Origin: Phallusia mammillata
Lineage: Eukaryota
Length of the DNA: 64,000 bases
Direction of reading: 5' to 3'
Assembly (NCBI GenBank): GCA_965637545.1
Contig: OZ281496.1
Coordinates: 28,272,001 to 28,336,000 of the forward strand
The first letter of the stretch is position 1; each line of letters starts with the position of its first letter. Below the pieces are notes generated by a model. It was not told where the DNA came from. It did not search any database and worked only from the letters and a program-made list of their open reading frames with translations. This document shows, piece after piece, positions 60,838 to 64,000 of the stretch. The position numbers and the translations under genes were made by a program.

Positions 60838-63800
60838 ATGGCTCTCTTTTATAACTCAACTACCGATGCAAAAAGTTCTATCCCACACTCAGCAAGTGTG
60901 AATCCGCATTCTTGCGTTGGACGCACCAAGGAGCCGGCGTACTTGAAAAGATTCAAAGATAGCACGAACAATGTACTGCAGTCCAGGAACATGCCCGGAC
61001 AAGACCAAGACTCTAAATCGCTACTCAATAGCGTTGCAGCGAGTGTGGCAGTGAGACGTAACGCTATGGAACTAAAGTTTTTGGAATCAGCTCTTACTGC
61101 GTTGCGTTTGAAGGAGAAGAAAGCTTTACGAAACTTGGAAAACGAGATGAGGAAGTACAGAATGGATCTTGACCGGATTCAGGTGCGCAGTGTCACGTCA
61201 AAAATTGCGCAAAACATCGATCGTCTGGTGCCTCCAGTGGTCAGTGATGAAGTGCTACTGAGGCGTGTTGGAAAGAATCGGAAACTGCGGGTTTCTATTC
61301 AACAACCAGGAGAAGGCTTAAAAGACAGTGCACTAAGGTGGGCATGTGGTCTTTATATAACTATCGCTGAACGTATTTCAATCGGTTAGCTAAATGACTT
61401 CTTGTTTCAGAGTTGATAGTTGCTATTTTATGCTATACGGCAGTGTTTTTAAATTAGGATTTAATTGAACAAACCAGTTTGAGTGCTTTTACAGAAATTT
61501 AGTTGTTACTAAACGAAACAAAAACGCCCGAAAAACAAAGGGATTTTAATGTTAGGAAGCGTTGAAAACACTGGTTTATAGTTACAAGTTACGGTAAAAA
61601 AACGCTATGTGCTGTTTGATTACTCTAACAATATAATTTCTTTCAAGGGGACCCAAGTTTCCATTAAAACCAACCACAGAATCTAAAGAAACTGTCGGCA
61701 AGCAATCGATAAAGCGGGGTGACTTACAGAATGGAAAAACGGCGGGAAAAGGTGAGGCGGTGTATGAAAAATATGTCGCTCCAACAATTGTTATTTTATT
61801 TGTATGGTTATTATGGTAGAACCCGCGGAATCGGCTCGTGAACCAGAAAATGTTGAAGCAAAGAATGAAGAAAATGACAACACAGAGAAAGATAAAGACA
61901 TTATTTTGAAAGGTGACCTTTTGTTCAATTTTATGATTTTGCTATTAAACGTTTTCTCGTTATTTATTTATTTGATTTTTTAAATGCAAAACTACTCAGG
62001 GAGAGTTTTTTTTAAAGAAATAAATGAAGAGTTTGATTTTCATTAGGCAACAATCAAGCTTTGTTCGTAATCACTGATTCTAAACGGCTACACGTGTCAC
62101 TTTGTCACGTGGCATACTCCACCAATAGGGTTCACCAAACTAGAGATAGAATTTGGCAAATGACAGCGGGCGACCGTGGCCCTCAACTTGCCCTTGAACG
62201 TCCTTCAAGTCCGACTTGCAGTCTAGCCAAATCCCGCAAGCTGTTTTCTGGTGTAAAACAAAAGGCAGATGTCCCTGCTCTTTACTAATTCGACTTCATT
62301 ATGTGCGATAAAACTGAAATATGTGCGTTGTTAAGGGGTTACACAGGCCTATTGATGCCCTTGAATTAAAATGTGGTTTACTGTTGACGCATCAAAAAGT
62401 GCAGGTGTCTGGCAAAATGCCGTATAAATCGATTATCAATATGTACGACAATATTAAACTATGCAGTGCTCACGTACAGCAACACTACAATAACAAGTTG
62501 GCAGCTATAATTATTCATTAAGCTATGTTCTTTGGCGTAAAATTCATTACATTTGTAATAATATATTTGTGTTATTATCGTGGTCTTTGAGTCTCTATTA
62601 GGAACATAAATAGGCGGTCTACTTGGGTTTTACTGTGTCAAATTTAACACATTGTTTTCTTATTAGACAAAGAACCGAAACCGGACATGACTTCAACAGA
62701 CGCAGTCGTTACCGCTTCGAAGCCTGCTCCCCGATTAACATCGAGTCTTCATCGTAATATGCAGGGTACAGATGACGTGACGCTCACAGACAGCATTGCG
62801 CGAACTTGTGGCGAATACTTCAGTCTATTAAAGATCATTAACGACCACCACCAAACGGGCACAAGTAGTGCTACTGCCCGGCCACCAATGGGCGTCGTTG
62901 AACATGAGCGCAGTTTAGCTGTTATCCAGCCCTCGAGGTCTCAGACGCCACGCACAGTCCGTCTCCGGGAAGCTGGCACTCAGATCGAAAAGCGTTACGT
63001 CACACCTCGTAATGACGTCACAGTGGAAAGAGAAATGTGGCCCAGCTGGTGGACACCGAACAGCAAACCGGTGCAGACTGAAAATATTGACCGTCCAAGA
63101 CCGATTACACAGAGTTATCCACCTGTTCGACAACGCCGCACTGCATATGCTGAAAACGACGATGCAGTTTCTGATCACTATGAGCAGTGCGCTACACCAA
63201 GACAACATATTCAAAGCAAAAAAGCTGTACGTAAAGTCAGTAGGACGAAAACGAAGCAAAATCATTCTCCAGGTTTGCTTAGCTTGTAATTTTTATTTCG
63301 TTTATTAAAATTCCGCGCCGCCATTTTTTAGCGTCACTACTTTTTGTCAATAATAGTAACAACAAAAAGTTTAACAGTTATCATTGAAAATAAGCTTTGT
63401 ACGATGCTTTGAAACCATACTTACTTTGTACAGATAAATCTAGTTGCTGTCCTTGCGCAAAGCCCAAGCCCAAGACAAAACCACGGCTTGTCAGACCGCC
63501 TTCCAGCTCCGAGTCTGAAACTTCTGATTCTGTCCAGTACCAGGCACCGGATCGTCATCAGAAACGCAATGGTGTATTTCTTACTCAGAGCTCAGACGAG
63601 TTCTCGTCGACATCAGGTGTTGCGCAAGAACCGACCCGCTTGAAGCACCGCGATCGCCGCGCAGACGTGCGATCTGTTACGAGGAGGATCGAATCAAGAC
63701 GAGCTAAACCTCGTAGAACTGACATACCTGCCTCTCCTGTACACAGAAGCACAGGGCATATGTATCCACAGTGCTCACATATGCACGAATGCTTGGCCCA

Positions 63801-64000
63801 AAGGAATAACTGTACAGCACCCTCACAGTCTTCATTCCATAATGTAAACATCAAAGCGCAGTTTCAATGTAACGCTAACCCATGCCATGGTTTAGCTCGT
63901 CCTGGCCCAATGACACCGTTAACCATGAGCCGCGCAAACGAGCACAGGCCCCAAAACGCATTTCGCCAAGCTACGCCCCTTGCTACTCCTGTTGAGTCCA
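60838..64000 (+). CDS. Uncharacterised protein with an N-terminal coiled coil (CCDC190-like by eye) and a long low-complexity region; runs off the window
   Basis: Five phase-consistent exons (~60838-61339, 61648-61751, 61819-61912, 62667-63271, 63434-end); RRNAMELKFLESALTALRLKEKKALRNLENEMRKYRMDL heptads. Family call is weak. Confidence 0.65.
61441..61573. mobile_element. Possible MITE
   Basis: CAGTGTTTT/AAAACACTG inverted ends; no TSD. Confidence 0.45.

Noticed and set aside
62915-63854. Minus-strand ORFs of 116 and 89 aa
   Set aside because: Antisense shadows of long plus-strand coding exons.
1-64000. CRISPR arrays, prokaryotic operons, rRNA or autonomous transposases
   Set aside because: No regularly spaced repeats, rRNA or transposase/RT ORF seen; the gene structure is spliceosomal.

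Overview
This is eukaryotic (animal) genomic DNA: AT-rich, compact and intron-rich with short GT-AG introns. It looks ascidian/tunicate-like, but that assignment is inference only. There are no prokaryotic features and no CRISPR array. Most entries in the ORF track are exon fragments or antisense shadows, so genes were assembled by hand from splice sites and reading phase. Gene order: unidentified small gene(-), RPL36(+), intronless IFT46(-), UFSP1(+) and CCDC103(-), HAUS7(+), Makorin(+), an HSD17B12-like SDR with degenerate catalytic motifs(+), a class II GLUT(-), a GPR84-like GPCR(-), a ~35-exon gene(-), and an uncharacterised coiled-coil gene(+) running off the right end. Introns carry many hAT-type MITEs (several with perfect 8-bp TSDs), a tRNA-derived SINE and a tRNA-Arg(ACG). 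The main candidate novelty is the ~35-exon gene. A complete tetraspanin splices in frame into nine NHERF/PDZK1-like PDZ domains and a tail ending in a PDZ-binding motif (~1,500 aa by hand count). The intron at the fusion junction contains a 15-nt element complementary to the first linker exon, which could act as an RNA switch between a plain tetraspanin and the fusion. Other highlights are an exact 27-nt antisense copy of the tRNA anticodon arm 60 nt downstream of that tRNA, a probable SDR pseudoenzyme, and a 36-bp hairpin in the Makorin 3' UTR. All exon models are manual and need RNA-seq confirmation.
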